Positions 43,739-55,094 of a DNA stretch of 64,000 nucleotides are shown here, piece after piece. Numbering within the stretch: the stretch's first letter is position 1; each line of letters starts with the position of its first letter. The position numbers and the translations under genes are program-made. The notes under the pieces were generated by a model that saw nothing but the letters and a program-made list of their open reading frames with translations, made no database searches and was not told where the DNA came from. The stretch is from Euprymna scolopes (Eukaryota). The DNA is taken from assembly GCA_053919585.1 (NCBI GenBank), contig CM132802.1. The stretch is one strand, 5' to 3'.

Positions 43739-44161
43739 TGAACGTGCCTCTCTGCCTGTCGGCCTGTCTGTCTAAATACATTTCCTTACGCAATAACTCT
43801 CTTAATTTTTAGTCTACATATTGTAAATTTGATATGCAGGGTACTGAGATTTGACAACATCTACGTGACCGCTGTTCGGCCAGAGATTTGTCTGTTAAAG
43901 GGCCACAGTTCAACGATTTGACCTTTGAGAACTCTACCAAACTCCTCCGACAATTTTGGGTCTAAACACTTGAACTTTTAGATATAGATTCCTTGGACAT
44001 GGATCTAACTTAATAATTTGATTTGAGTCCAAAACAATAAATTTTAAGGGGTCATAATAGGGGTCAAAATTTTAAAAATTTGACTGTTTTTTTTATTATT
44101 TAATTTTTTATGCTCAACATACACCTTCAAACACCCGGGCAACGCCGGGCACCCATGCTAG
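43725..44161 (+). mobile_element. Non-autonomous Helitron-like element, family H1
   Basis: (CTGT)-type microsatellite near the 5' end, 3' hairpin CCCGG-gcaacg-CCGGG, terminal CTAG followed by T. The start is hidden in (TA)n. Confidence 0.75.
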
Positions 44162-44165
44162 TATA

Positions 44166-44604
44166 TCTATAAAAGTTAACGTGTCTCTGTATCTTTGTGT
44201 CTGTCTGTGTGTCTGTGTGTCTGTGTACATTTTCCTTTGCAATAATTTTGTCAATTTTAAGTCTACAGACTCGAAATTTGATATACAGGGTATTGAGATT
44301 TGGGGAAATCGAAGTGATCGGTTTTCGGCCAGAAACTTGGCTGTTAAAGGGTCAAGTTCAACGATTTGACCTTTAAGAACTCTACCAAACTCCTCAGACA
44401 ATTTTGGGTCTAAACACTTGAAATTTTAGATATAGGTTCCTTAGACATGGGTCTAACTTAATAATTTGATTTGAGCCCTAAACAATAAACATCATAGGGG
44501 TCAACGTTAAAAAAGATTGAACGCGTTTTTATTGTATTTTGTTTGTTTTTTTTTGCTCAACATACGCCTCCAAACACCCGGGCAACGCCGGGCTGAAATG
44601 CTAA
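44166..44604 (+). mobile_element. Non-autonomous Helitron-like element, family H1, tandem second copy
   Basis: Starts TCTATAAAAG, body similar to the preceding copy, same 3' hairpin, terminus degenerate (CTAA). Confidence 0.75.
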
Positions 44605-45299
44605 CTTCCATCGACCAAGTCTCCTGCTTGCGGATAGGGGGATCGGCGTTTAGATATAAGGATTAGCTCCAAAAATATTTGAATCAAAATAATGAGTCGC
44701 CCTTTGGCAATGCGTAGTCCTCGGTAGCCATCCAAGTCAAGGTTACAATATGAACTCGCCTGGCAAGTAGAGGGAAAAGCGCTACTTTATATGTGTAATA
44801 GTGTACCGGCACCTCGTGTAATGATGTATCAGCAACCTTCTGAAAGATGCTTTCCTAAACCTGTATGTCAATCACACGTTTGCCGCAGCCGATGGTGACA
44901 CGAAGTTGCGCTCTGTGGATTACCCAAAGCACTTTGTAGATAGGGCTGGCTGAAACTTACAACCACAAATCCAAGTTCACCCTAACTTTAGCTTTTTTTT
45001 TTCTTTCCACGAAGTGCTGAGGCGACAAGCAGAGATGACGGGGGAAAGCTAGACAAGATTGTAGTCCTTAGTCTTTAATTTGCACGTTGTTTGCGAATGT
45101 TTGATAATCACACACACAAGATAACGACTCTTGCCCGAAGTCCTACATCTGCGACTGGACAGGTTTTTGTTCGGGATAACTGCTACCCACTGCAATTAAA
45201 GGAGGGTCCTATAAAATCTGGGCTAATACCTGTCTGATATACTGCAACCAGCGAGTGCCCACATCACTACGGTCAAAACAAAAAAAGAGTAAGAGAAAA

Positions 45300-46290
45300 A
45301 TTTAAATGCGGAAGTAATTCAGAGGTCTATCCTTGGACCTTTATTATTCCTGATATTCATAAATGACTCCCTGATAAAATTGTTTCGGAGATGGGTATAT
45401 TTGCCGATGACACCACTCTCTATAACAGGCATGAGGGGAAAACAAATGAACACATATCTAAGGAAATGGCAGAAACACTAGAGGATGAACTCCAATCTGT
45501 AGTGGAATGGAGACAAAAATGGATGGTCACATTCAATGCTGCCAAGACTAAACTTGTTTCTTTCAATAATTACAAGAAACTTTCTTTACCACCAATAGCA
45601 ATGGCCAAGAACACATTACCTGAAAGTCCTTCTTTTAAACTTCTTGGCCTAACGTTTACAGGGAACATGAACTGGAATAGATACATTGAGAGCATTGCCA
45701 AGGCTGCTGCAAAGAAGGTGGGTTCTCTCTACCATGCTAGAAAATTACTTACGTCTGAAAGTATCCTGTACCTCTATAAGGCTACCATTCGCCCACGCAT
45801 GGAGTACTGTTGTCACATTTGGGCTGGTGCATCTGCTGCTTGTCTCTCACTCCTGTCTCTCAGTCGCTAACCTGATAGGTCCTGAACTGTCATCTATGCT
45901 TCAGCCTCTGTCTCATCGACGAAATGATGCATCGCTATGCCTGTTCTACAAATACTTTAACGGTGAATGTTCTGACGAACTACAAGCACTTGTACCTCCT
46001 CGACGTGACTACCCCCGACAAACCCGAAAAGCAACTTAGTCCCACCCCTTTACAGTAGAGATCCCTAGGTGTAAGAAAGACTTTTACTCCAATAGTTTCT
46101 TCCCCAGAACTGCAATCTTTGGAACTCCCTTCCGGGATTCTGCTTTTCCAACTGTACTGATATGCAGAAGTTCAAGTGTAATGTGAACAAACATCTTGCT
46201 ACTAATCTACCTTCATCATGCCCTGCAAATTATGTCCCCGACTTCAAAGTGGCACTGTGCCTTGTTTGGGGTGAAAATTGAATTAAAAAT
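45300..46290 (+). mobile_element. 5'-truncated CR1/L2-like LINE fragment (RT C-terminal half), frameshifted
   Basis: SILGPLLFLIFIND, MGIFADDTTLY (catalytic FADD), IRPRMEYCCHIW and PLSHRR motifs in ORFs 45391-45870 and 45686-46039. Confidence 0.92.
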
Positions 46291-47295
46291 AAGAGCCCTT
46301 GCATATAGAATGTTAGACCTTTCCTTGATTTTTAAAATAGAGGACGGAATCTGAAAGGAGAACGACTTTTGTCTGCAATAAGCTTTCCCGCATCTCAGCT
46401 GAGATAGACGCATTAAGTGAGTCCAGACTATAGGACGAGGGAAGAATAGACGAACCAGGGACCAATTATTTTATCTTTTTGGTAAAAGAAACCTGATCAA
46501 AAACGCCGAATCAATGGCTTGGGGTTTTCCGATTAAAACATGCCTCATGCGAAGCCACAATCTCTTGCCCAAAGTGATAAGTAGGGCTAGGACAACAGCA
46601 TATTCTTTTCATTGTTTTGACTCTCAACTGTGTATCCCTTGATATATTATATGCTTTCATATAGTGATGTGGTTCTCGGTTGATTAACTCTGTCTAACTG
46701 TGTCGGATATATACTCGAGAGTCCAAACAATGATGAGAATATTCTGTTGCCATAGCCCTAGTAATAAGTGAACAACTAAAAACACTGTGTTTTCACGAGG
46801 AAAAACTTTTTGACACTGGTAACAGTATAAACATTAACCGTCGATTCAAGAGACACCGTTAAGGAAGAATTCTACCAACAACTAAATAAACTTATCTCCT
46901 CCTTCAAGGTTAAATTAATCATACTCTGAGATTTTAATGCCCGAGTGAGGAGTGACAACAATATGGAGCTCTTTTTTTTGGAAACAATGGTCATGGAAAA
47001 TGTTATGACAATGAGCTTTGCCTTCGAAACTTGTGTGTAGAGCATGTACTCCTCATTACAAATACCATCATTGAACTCCCTACCAGATAAAATCCCACCT
47101 GGAAGCAACCCCGTTTCAAGCTCTGACACACATTGGATCACTCCATCGTCTCTTCAGAGATCACAAAAACGTCGTATCTTATCTTAACATGTTAGTCCAA
47201 AGACTTATCCGTATAAAGCGAAAGAAACTAAACACAGAAAAATAGTTGTGCTTAACATTTATTGCCTAAAGATAAATTTTGGAGATGAGGATTAG

Positions 47296-47620
47296 TTATT
47301 CTGTTCTCATCTTGAGTACCATTTTCGCAACGTTTCGGTCTATGTAACCTCCAGCCTTCTTCAGGTGTATATTGTCAAACTCAGAAATGTTAATTACATA
47401 GGACCTCTATCCAGCCATAGCTTACAGAACAAGAGTGTGCTACCCTAACGAAGTAAATGAAGGTTTCCATTTGGAATTCCATCCGAATTCCCGAGTTCGA
47501 CTGAAAAAATTTCCGAGTTCAACAAGATACACATGAAGAAGGTCGGAGGTTACACCAATCGAAACGTTGTGAAAATAACATTCAAGATTAGAACAATATG
47601 CAATATGTGTATTATTAATC
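47296..47620. mobile_element. 5'-truncated copy of the family B element (+, 47399-47620) preceded by an inverted copy of its hammerhead end (-, 47296-47390)
   Basis: The body from taggacctctatccag to the hammerhead matches the minus-strand copy at 47623-47815. The motifs at 47326-47367 (-) and 47530-47571 (+, C3>A) are degenerate. Confidence 0.75.
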
Positions 47621-47654
47621 ATCGGTTTACTGTTCTCATGTTAAGTGTGATTTT

Positions 47655-47696
47655 CACAACGTTTCGGTCGATATAACCCCCGACCTTCTTCAGGTG
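47655..47696 (-). ncRNA. Minimal type I hammerhead motif, family B (palindromic ACGT in place of stem-loop III)
   Basis: CAC-CTGAAGA-A-GGTCG-ggggttatat-CGACC-GAAA-CGTT^GTG. Stems I (3 bp) and II (5 bp) pair, and there is an extra A after A9. Confidence 0.75.
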
Positions 47697-47840
47697 TATC
47701 TTGTCGAACTCAAGAATGTTTCTGTCGAACTCGGGAATTTGGGCGGGAATTTCGAGCGGAACCCTTTATTTACTTCACGGTGATAGCGTCAGCCATAACT
47801 GGATAGAGGTCCTAAGTAATTCGCAAATGTATATTTCGAT

Positions 47841-47933
47841 CGCCCACACTGAGGATTGAACCTTTAACCTTTAGGAGAATATCACTTTTGCAATTGATTT
47901 TTTCCAGTACTCTAACCACTGCGCCACGGGTCC
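47841..47933 (-). promoter_or_regulatory. tRNA-derived Pol III internal promoter (A and B boxes), not a functional tRNA
   Basis: GGACCCG-TGGCGCAGTGGTTAGAG (A box starting at T8) ... GGTTCAATCC (B box). The anticodon region is expanded and the acceptor stem is not intact. Confidence 0.75.
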
Positions 47934-47936
47934 TTG

Positions 47937-48060
47937 AAGTTCGACTGAAATATTCCAGAATTCGACAGAAACATTTCCGAGTTCGACAAGATACACCTGA
48001 AGAAGGTCGGGGGTTGTATCGACCGGAAACCACCTGAAGAAGGTCGGAGGTTGTATCGAC
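47937..48060 (+). mobile_element. Inverted copy of the family B 3' end, with two tandem partial hammerhead cores
   Basis: agttcgac...gatacacctgaagaaggtcgggggttgtatcgacc, then a second cacctgaagaaggtcggagg. It abuts the 5' end of the tRNA head. Confidence 0.75.
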
Positions 48061-48517
48061 ACGCAAAAAAATTGAAAAATCTAAACGTGGAACATATGCG
48101 GAAGCAGTGAAGAGTACATTACATAATACAATCAATTATACAACTAATGAATGTCTCTCATTCCGTGTAACTATTAGAAAGGTTGCCATAGAAACATTTG
48201 GATATATCTCGGCAGCGTCTTATCTACAAATGCTAGGACTGAGAAATACATTAATCGCTTATTCAGACCTATTCAGGAATCATTAATGGAAATCTTCAGC
48301 AATTAAGAGCTAATGCAAGCTACTAAGCCCATGTGAGACAAATCTCAACCCTGCTGAAGGCCTGTGAGACCTAGGCACTTTATATAAGAGACCTGAAAAA
48401 AACTGGAACATGTTCACCGTACCAAACTGCGCGATGTCTTACGCATAAAGTGGCAAAACTTAATAATAATAACAAGATATGATCTAGGCTGAGCTAGACA
48501 CCTTACCCGAATTCTTG

Positions 48518-48795
48518 GGTCCTGGATATGACCTTAAATTATATCCAGTGGTGAGGCCTCAGCTTGTGGGCTTTGGGAGTGTGGAGCCACTCTTTAATTA
48601 CCATTGCTCCCAGGTCCACTCTGACCCGGAGTGGTAGTACCTGTTAGGGTCCCAACTATGGGTTAAGTAGAAACCGACGTGAAAACAATAAATATATTCT
48701 ATTTAAAAAAATTTTCTTCAAAAATCTTTGGATTCGGCGTTAAATAACCCGAAAAGGGTTGATATGCCGTAAAACAAAAACAACCAACCAACCTA
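48518..48795 (+). mobile_element. Short retroposed element with a (CAAC)n tail and 11-bp target-site duplication
   Basis: Direct repeat CCGAATTCTTG at 48507-48517 and 48796-48806. Tail aaacaaaaacaaccaaccaacc, with internal hairpins. Confidence 0.75.
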
Positions 48796-49005
48796 CCGAA
48801 TTCTTGACAACCACCTCCACGCGCAAGCTCTTTCTCGGAACATGCTTTTGAGCGCTTCAAAATCATCTCAAATCAACTCGTAAGATGACAATTATTGACG
48901 TAAACAACTGGGAAATCATTGCTTCCAACAAAGAGAGCTGAAAAAAAAAAAACAATATATAAAAAACACCAAAATCTCCGAGAACAAAAAAAAAGAAAAA
49001 AAGAA

Positions 49006-49472
49006 CGTGGCTTAGTGGGGGATGCCCTTTTCTCTACCTTGCAAACTCTCTCCCACAGAAGAGACGTTGCGAGCCTATCCTTGTTTTATCGTTATTTCCA
49101 TGGCAGGTGCTCGTCTGAACTCCAATCTCTGGTCCCCCCCTCGCCAATTATTCACGAAAAACACCCGTCTAGCTGAATCCATTGTGAAAATTTTCCCCCA
49201 CTCTATATCTGTGCCTACATCAAAACGCGCATTCCATGAACAAAGCTTCTTTCTTAGAACTGCACGCCTGTGGAACTCTGTTCCGTCTGCCTGCTTCCCA
49301 CCTGACTACAACTTGAATGTCTTCAAGTCCAATGTTTACAAATTCCTAATGAACCGCCCCCTTAAGTAAACACTTCATCAAATCTCCACACTAACGTAAT
49401 TTACTTGCAATAACCCTTATCCCTGAGTGGCTTCCGGGCCTTGATAAGTGGTGATCACTGTGTAAAAAAAAA
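49006..49472 (+). mobile_element. CR1/L2-like LINE 3' fragment with A tail
   Basis: LSHRRDVASLSLFYRYFHGRCS and SFFLRTARLWN motifs across a frameshift. Inserted in an A-rich tract. Confidence 0.88.
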
Positions 49473-49920
49473 GAACAAAAAAAAGCCCACATAAAACATG
49501 TAGTACAAAGACTATCCTCTGTAGCAGCAGCGACCGCCTTTTCTGTGTACAGATAGGTGTATCAGAATTTTTGTATGAATTTTTGACACCCCCAACACGA
49601 AACTACGAATAAAATATTAAAAAACTTGTAATTTCTCTTTTAAAAGTGGGTTTTTTATTGTTTTATGGATTATACTTTCAAAATAAACTATTAAAGTTGT
49701 ATAAAAAATAATAGAAATATTTTTTTTTATTTTTTAAAAAAGCAGTAATGCAATTAATTCAATTTTACGGGTTCAATATTTTTCAACTTTTTAAAATTTC
49801 AAAATCTATCAAAATTTTTCTATTGATTCTATTTTTACGATATTTTCAGGGTCAATGTGAAATTTTACCGGACATGGGTCGAAATCAAAATTCTAATCCG
49901 ACGCTCGCAGCCACTAGCTG

Positions 49921-49976
<56 letters not shown>

Positions 49977-50001
49977 AATTACTAAATTACTATAAATTAC
50001 T

Positions 50002-50348
50002 AACTAGCTCTACCTACGTATTGAGCACTTTTGAAGTAAATACTTAAAGTTTACGCATAAATCTATACTTCCGTATATTAAATTTATGTAAGTAAATGAA
50101 GTAGTTATATATATATATATATAACTACTTCATTTACTCACATACATTTATACGAAAGTATAGATTTATGCGTAAACTTTAAGTATTTACTTCAAAAGTG
50201 CTCAATACGTAGGTAGAGCTAGTTCGTAAGTTATAAAATATATATGGCGATTAAGCTACACTGAATATTCGGCGTTTCATCCACTCTAGGATTCCTCAGG
50301 CTTATGCGCATAAACCTGAGGAATCGCCATATATATTTTATAAATTAC
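50002..50348. mobile_element. Family A compound insertion: tail/tail palindrome centred on (TA)n, then hammerhead and short fold-back
   Basis: 50002-50105 and 50124-50224 are inverted copies around (TA)n. The sequence continues into a hammerhead and an internally deleted inverted copy at 50305-50348. Confidence 0.8.
50252..50304 (-). ncRNA. Type I hammerhead ribozyme, family A, intact
   Basis: TAAGC-CTGAGGA-ATCC-tagagt-GGAT-GAAA-CGC-cgaatattca-GTG-TA^GCTTA. Confidence 0.88.
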
Positions 50349-50355
50349 TATATAT

Positions 50356-50433
<78 letters not shown>

Positions 50434-50569
50434 CTGAACGTCTCTGTATGTGTCTGGCCACAAATAGGTTCCTATATGGTTGACTATTATAGAAAACTGA
50501 TCACATATAATGAAAGAAGATGTATCGAGACACAGGAATGAGTATGTTTGATCTGGTAGAACGGTGGCT

Positions 50570-51495
50570 CATTAAAATTGTGGGGTCTGCATTCGCGCCT
50601 GGTCCACAAAGTATGGAAATAAAAAGATTAAAAATGATAAAAAAACGTTTACAAGTGTTTTTGATATAGATGTACATAAGAATAGACTTCGTGGCTTAGT
50701 GGGGGATGCCCTTTTCTCTTCCCTGCATCCTCTCTCCCACAGAAGAGACGTTGAAAGCCTATTTTTGTTTTATCGTTATTTCCATGGCAGGTGCTCGTTT
50801 GAACTCCAATCTCTGATCCACCCTCGCCAATCTTTTACAAAAAAACACCCGTCTAGCGGAATCCACTGTCAGAAACTTTCCTCACTCTTTATCTATGCTT
50901 AAATCAAAACGTAGATTCCATGAACAAAGCTTCTTTCTTAGAACTGCACGCCTGTGGAACTCTGTTTCGTCTGCCTGCTTCCCACCTGACTACAACCGGG
51001 ATGCTTTCAAGTCCAATGTATACAAGTTCCTGATCAACCGCCCCCTTGGGTAGACACTTTATTAAATCTCCACACTAATGTACTGTACTTACAATAACCC
51101 TTATACCTGAGTGGCTTCCGGGCCTTGACAAGTGTGGCCCCCTTTAAAAAAAAATAAAAAAGAATACTTTGATAAGTATGTTTTAGCTTTAATAGGGATG
51201 GTATAATAAAATTGTGGGGTCTGCGTTCGCGCTTGGCCTCCATAGAATGGAAATAGGCACAAACTTTAATAAAGACTTTTAATATCTATCTGCGTAAGTA
51301 TACTTTGATAGTTATGTTTCAGTTTGAAGAAATATAGTATAATAAAATTATGGGGTGTTCGTTCGTGCCTGACCTCCATAGAATGGAAATATGTCACAAA
51401 GTGTAACAAGGTTTTTTAATATAGATCCACAGAATATTGTGATAAATGTTTCAGTGTGAACAGGTATGCTATAATAAATTATGGGGTTTACCTAT
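50570..51495 (+). repeat. Degenerate ~135-bp tandem repeat interrupted by the LINE fragment
   Basis: Motif aaattRtggggt...ttcgYgcYtg...atggaaata recurs at about 50575, 51208, 51344 and, partially, 51477. Confidence 0.6.
50685..51155 (+). mobile_element. CR1/L2-like LINE 3' fragment with A tail, same subfamily as 49006-49472
   Basis: Colinear similarity to 49006-49472. Possible TSD AAGAATA on both sides. Confidence 0.88.
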
Positions 51496-52266
51496 TTTAT
51501 TTTTACTTTCATCAAATTTTGCTTTGGTTTTGATACCCCCAAATTCGAAGCTATCTCTTTACAACCCTTCCTTTTCATAACCTATCATACTTTCATAAAT
51601 CAGAGTCCATTTTCTGTAGGCTGTNNNNNNNNNNNNNNNNNNNNNNNNNNNNNNNNNNNNNNNNNNNNNNNNNNNNNNNNNNNNNNNNNNNNNNNNNNNN
51701 NNNNNNNNNNNNNNNNNNNNNNNNNNNNNNNNNNNNNNNNNNNNNNNNNNNNNNNNNNNNNNNNNNNNNNNNNNTGTGTTGCAATGAATATATATGGATC
51801 GGGGGTTGCGCACTAGATGGACGAGATCACCTGTTTGTACTCGAGTTGAAATGATGTTAGTTTCAGAAAAGCAACTGATTATGCGTCCAATCAACGGCCT
51901 TCTTCAAGTTTGGCAAGCGACCAGATTGTACACGCGCTGTCACCTCATCAGAGTCAAGTGTCGACAAACACATTCAATTTCTATTCAATTTCTATTTCAG
52001 TTTTCAATGCGAGCGAAATAATATCTTTATCTATAATGTTATGTTAATGAGTACGTTGAGTCGATCCCANNNNNNNNNNNNNNNNNNNNNNNNNNNNNNN
52101 NNNNNNNNNNNNNNNNNNNNNNNNNNNNNNNNNNNNNNNNNNNNNNNNNNNNNNNNNNNNNNNNNNNNNNNNNNNNNNNNNNNNNNNNNNNNNNNNNNNN
52201 NNNNNNNNNNNNGAATTCCAGCAGAGTGCTCAATTAAAAGGAAAATCCAAATTTTAAGAGCGTACT

Positions 52267-52486
52267 TATATTTTGTGTACAGAAAGTTGTTAGTTGAGAC
52301 AGGTCATTGGTACCGTCGGTTTCAAGCCCGATAATAAGGCCCGTTTAAGGTATCCTTATCAAGCTCTCTTCAGATAGACGAATATTGGCTGAAGAGAGCT
52401 TGATAAGGATACCTTAAACGGGCCTTATTATCGGGCTTGAAACCGACGGTACCAATGACCTGTCTCAACTAACAACTTTCTGTACA

Positions 52487-52495
<9 letters not shown>
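52267..52495. repeat. Perfect 107-bp inverted repeat with a 15-bp spacer, abutting (TA)n
   Basis: Arms 52267-52373 and 52389-52495 are reverse complements by eye. Spacer is atagacgaatattgg. Confidence 0.92.
52384..52456 (+). ncRNA. Type I hammerhead ribozyme, family C, intact, with long stem II
   Basis: ATTGG-CTGAAGA-GAGCTTGATAA...TTATCGGGCTT-GAAA-CC-gac-GG-TA^CCAAT. 5-bp stem I and 11-bp stem II including G-U pairs. Predicted cleavage after 52451. Confidence 0.88.
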
Positions 52496-52562
<67 letters not shown>

Positions 52563-52615
52563 TGCTTTTCATCCCAAATGCATAGAGAGAGAAAGAGAGT
52601 TATGAAAATATATCT

Positions 52616-52670
52616 GGCAAATACTCGGATTTTTCCGCGTTTCATCCTCGTTAGGATTCGTCTGGCTATT
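52616..52670 (-). ncRNA. Degenerate hammerhead motif related to family A
   Basis: CAGACGA (U4>A)-ATCCT-aacg-AGGAT-GAAA-CGCGGA-aaaa-TCCGAG-TA. Stem I is poor. Confidence 0.55.
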
Positions 52671-52865
52671 GTATGCAATTGTCGTTGTGGCGTGTTTTTA
52701 TATTTTTACGTGACCTTAACTATTGCTAATAAGCAAATAATGTTTTCTAGCAAGAGATGGTTGTGCGTTTATCAGAAATAAAGTGTCACAGTAATTCATT
52801 TATTACTTCGTTTGCTTTGGGGGAAAGCTGTACATTGCTGTGCATTACATACACATATACATACT

Positions 52866-54125
52866 AGAGACGACAGAAGGCGTGAAACTACCCAACCAAA
52901 CGGAGATGAGAGCACTGAAGGAACGAGACGCCTATAAATACTTGGGATTTCCGGAAGCAGATGCTATCAAAATAACAGAAATGAAAAAGAGAATTGGAAA
53001 CGAATAACACAGGAGAACAAGAAAACTTCTAGTAACTAAATTATATTGCAGAAAGCTAATAAAAGTTATAAATACATAGGCAGTATCACTAGTAAGATAT
53101 TTAGGACCGTTCAAAGGGTGGACAAAAGAACTGAGACAGTTCGATCAGAAGACCAGGAAACTCATGACCATACACAATGCACTACACTCAAAGGATAATG
53201 TTGACGGACTTTGCGTGAAAAAGAAAGACGGCGGGAGGAGACTAGTTTGTATAAAAGACTGTGTGCATGGCATAAAAAGTGCTAGAAAAATACATAATGC
53301 AAAACACTGAAAGTGATAATCATGGCAGCGAAAGACACTGAAAAAAATCCACAAAACAGAAAACAAAAAGATAAGACGAGAAAAGAAAAAAGGAAAGAGG
53401 AACAACTACACAGAAGATTCATAAGGATGAAAAAACATGAGAATAAAGAAAACACTTTGGACATGGATGCGAAAAGGACACTTAAATCGAGAAAATGATG
53501 CCTTATAACTGCAGCAGAAGATAACGCGATAAGAACCAACCATATCAAAGCAAAAAATGACAAAACACTAGAAATCGGCAAATGCAGACTCTGTTGACAA
53601 AGAGACGAAACGATAAACCATATAGTAAGCGAATGCAGAAAACTGACCCAAAAGGAATACAAGAAAGGTTACGAGCAAGTGGGGAAGGCAGTACACTGGG
53701 AATTATGCAAACAACTGCATCTCGAACCCACAGACAAATTGTACAAGCAAAAGCTGGCAACAGTACTTGAAAACGAAAATTACAAAATCCTATGGGATAT
53801 GGACATCCAAACCGATAAGCTCATCCAAGCAAGAAGACCGGATGTCGTAATAATAAACAAGAAAGAAAAATCCTGTTAAATCGTAGACTTTGCTGTTTCA
53901 GCTAACCACAGAGTGAATATTAAGGAAACGGAAAAACGGAGCAAGTACACAGAGCTAGCCAGAGAGCTGAGAGGGATATGGAAGATGAAGAAAATCAGGA
54001 TAATACCTATGATAGTAGTAGCACTAGGAACAATTCCAAAAAGCTTTGAAAAAAGAATAGCAGAAATTGGAATCAGAGGAAGAGCTCGAAAGATACCACG
54101 TATTACAAAAGGCTGCAATATGAAG
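52866..54125 (+). mobile_element. Decayed RLE-type non-LTR retrotransposon fragment (R4/Dong-like)
   Basis: YKYLG (RT end, ~52933), CRLC...ETINHIVSEC zinc knuckle (~53583-53636), and KILWD...RRPDVVI...IVDFAV...EKRSKYTELA PD-(D/E)xK nuclease motifs, with stops and frameshifts. Confidence 0.85.
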
Positions 54126-54923
54126 GAAACCTCTTATATGCGGAGATTAAAACACATGAACCACATGAGTGGACCAGACAAACTGCTACAGAGACAAAAC
54201 ATGAAGAAGCATTACATGGCACCAAGAACATTAAAGCAGCATACCTCTGAGTTTGCTATCCCGTCCCCCATCCACATCCATTGCCTCATCACCCCCCCAA
54301 AAAAAAACAGAGTAACACTAAATAGTCAAAAAGTGTCAAGGGGGATAGAAACACCGAGGGGAGGGCAGAGACAAGACCTCTGTTGGACAAGCGCGGAAAG
54401 AACTGGAACGTTGGAGAGGCTTAGTGGAACTCGATTTTCAGTGGAGATCAATGAGCGCTGCCAACGAGAAATCTATGCTTAGCGCCCATTGGGATAACGC
54501 AAATTCATTTGAAAATTTTTACGAAAGAGGTGGAAAGAGCTGGAAAGCTAGAGAGGCTTGTTGTCACAAAGATTCCAGTAAACACCAAGATCTCTGATGA
54601 TCTGTGTGAAAGTTCCTTTTGAGCCAATNNNNNNNNNNNNNNNNNNNNNNNNNNNNNNNNNNNNNNNNNNNNNNNNNNNNNNNNNNNNNNNNNNNNNNNN
54701 NNNNNNNNNNNNNNNNNNNNNNNNNNNNNNNNNNNNNNNNNNNNNNNNNNNNNNNNNNNNNNNNNNNNNNNNNNNNNNNNNNNNNNNNNNNNNNNNTAGT
54801 CTAAAGAGCTAAGTGTATTTTAATGTAATAGTGAAATTACTAGTTTAATTAAAATACAAGAAATGCTCGTTGTAATTTAGATATATAATAAGCTCGATAG
54901 TTAAATGTCCTAGAGCTAATTCA

Positions 54924-55094
54924 ATATTAAATAATGTGATTTATAATTTAAAAATTTTTAAAATTTTTAAAAATTTTAAAATCAAAATTTAATTAAATTA
55001 AAAATCAGTTTATGAAACTGATTTTTAATTTAATTAAATTTTGATTTTTAAATTTTTAAAAAATTTTAAAATTTTAAAATTATAAATCACATTA

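Larger units (their letters stand above)
47623..47933 (-). mobile_element. Putative tRNA-headed SINE with a hammerhead-containing Penelope-like 3' end (family B, full length, about 310 bp)
   Basis: Minus strand has a tRNA-like head (47933-47841), then a body with a short gagttcgac repeat, then a minimal hammerhead (47696-47655) and a short tail. There is no TTTT on the sense strand. Confidence 0.7.
46400..48475 (+). mobile_element. Highly decayed RTE-clade LINE remnant (APE endonuclease and RT C-terminus), interrupted by later insertions
   Basis: Broken motifs ALSESRL (~46410), KEEFYQQL...KLIIL*DFNARV (46860-46945), LLITNT...TWK.P...LDH (~47050-47145), YLGS (~48200) and ACET*.LY...IKWQ (48360-48460). 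44610-44710 resembles an RTE-type 5' UTR (weak). Confidence 0.7.

Noticed and set aside
47841-47933. Functional tRNA gene
   Set aside because: The acceptor and anticodon stems do not form, and there is no downstream T-run terminator. Kept only as a SINE head.
53913-54482. 189-aa ORF as a host gene
   Set aside because: The N-terminal part is the R4/Dong-like nuclease remnant, and the rest is frameshifted read-through with no recognisable motif.
54594-54625. CTGATGA-tctgtgt-GAAA hammerhead-like core
   Set aside because: Stem II cannot form convincingly and no stems I or III are evident.
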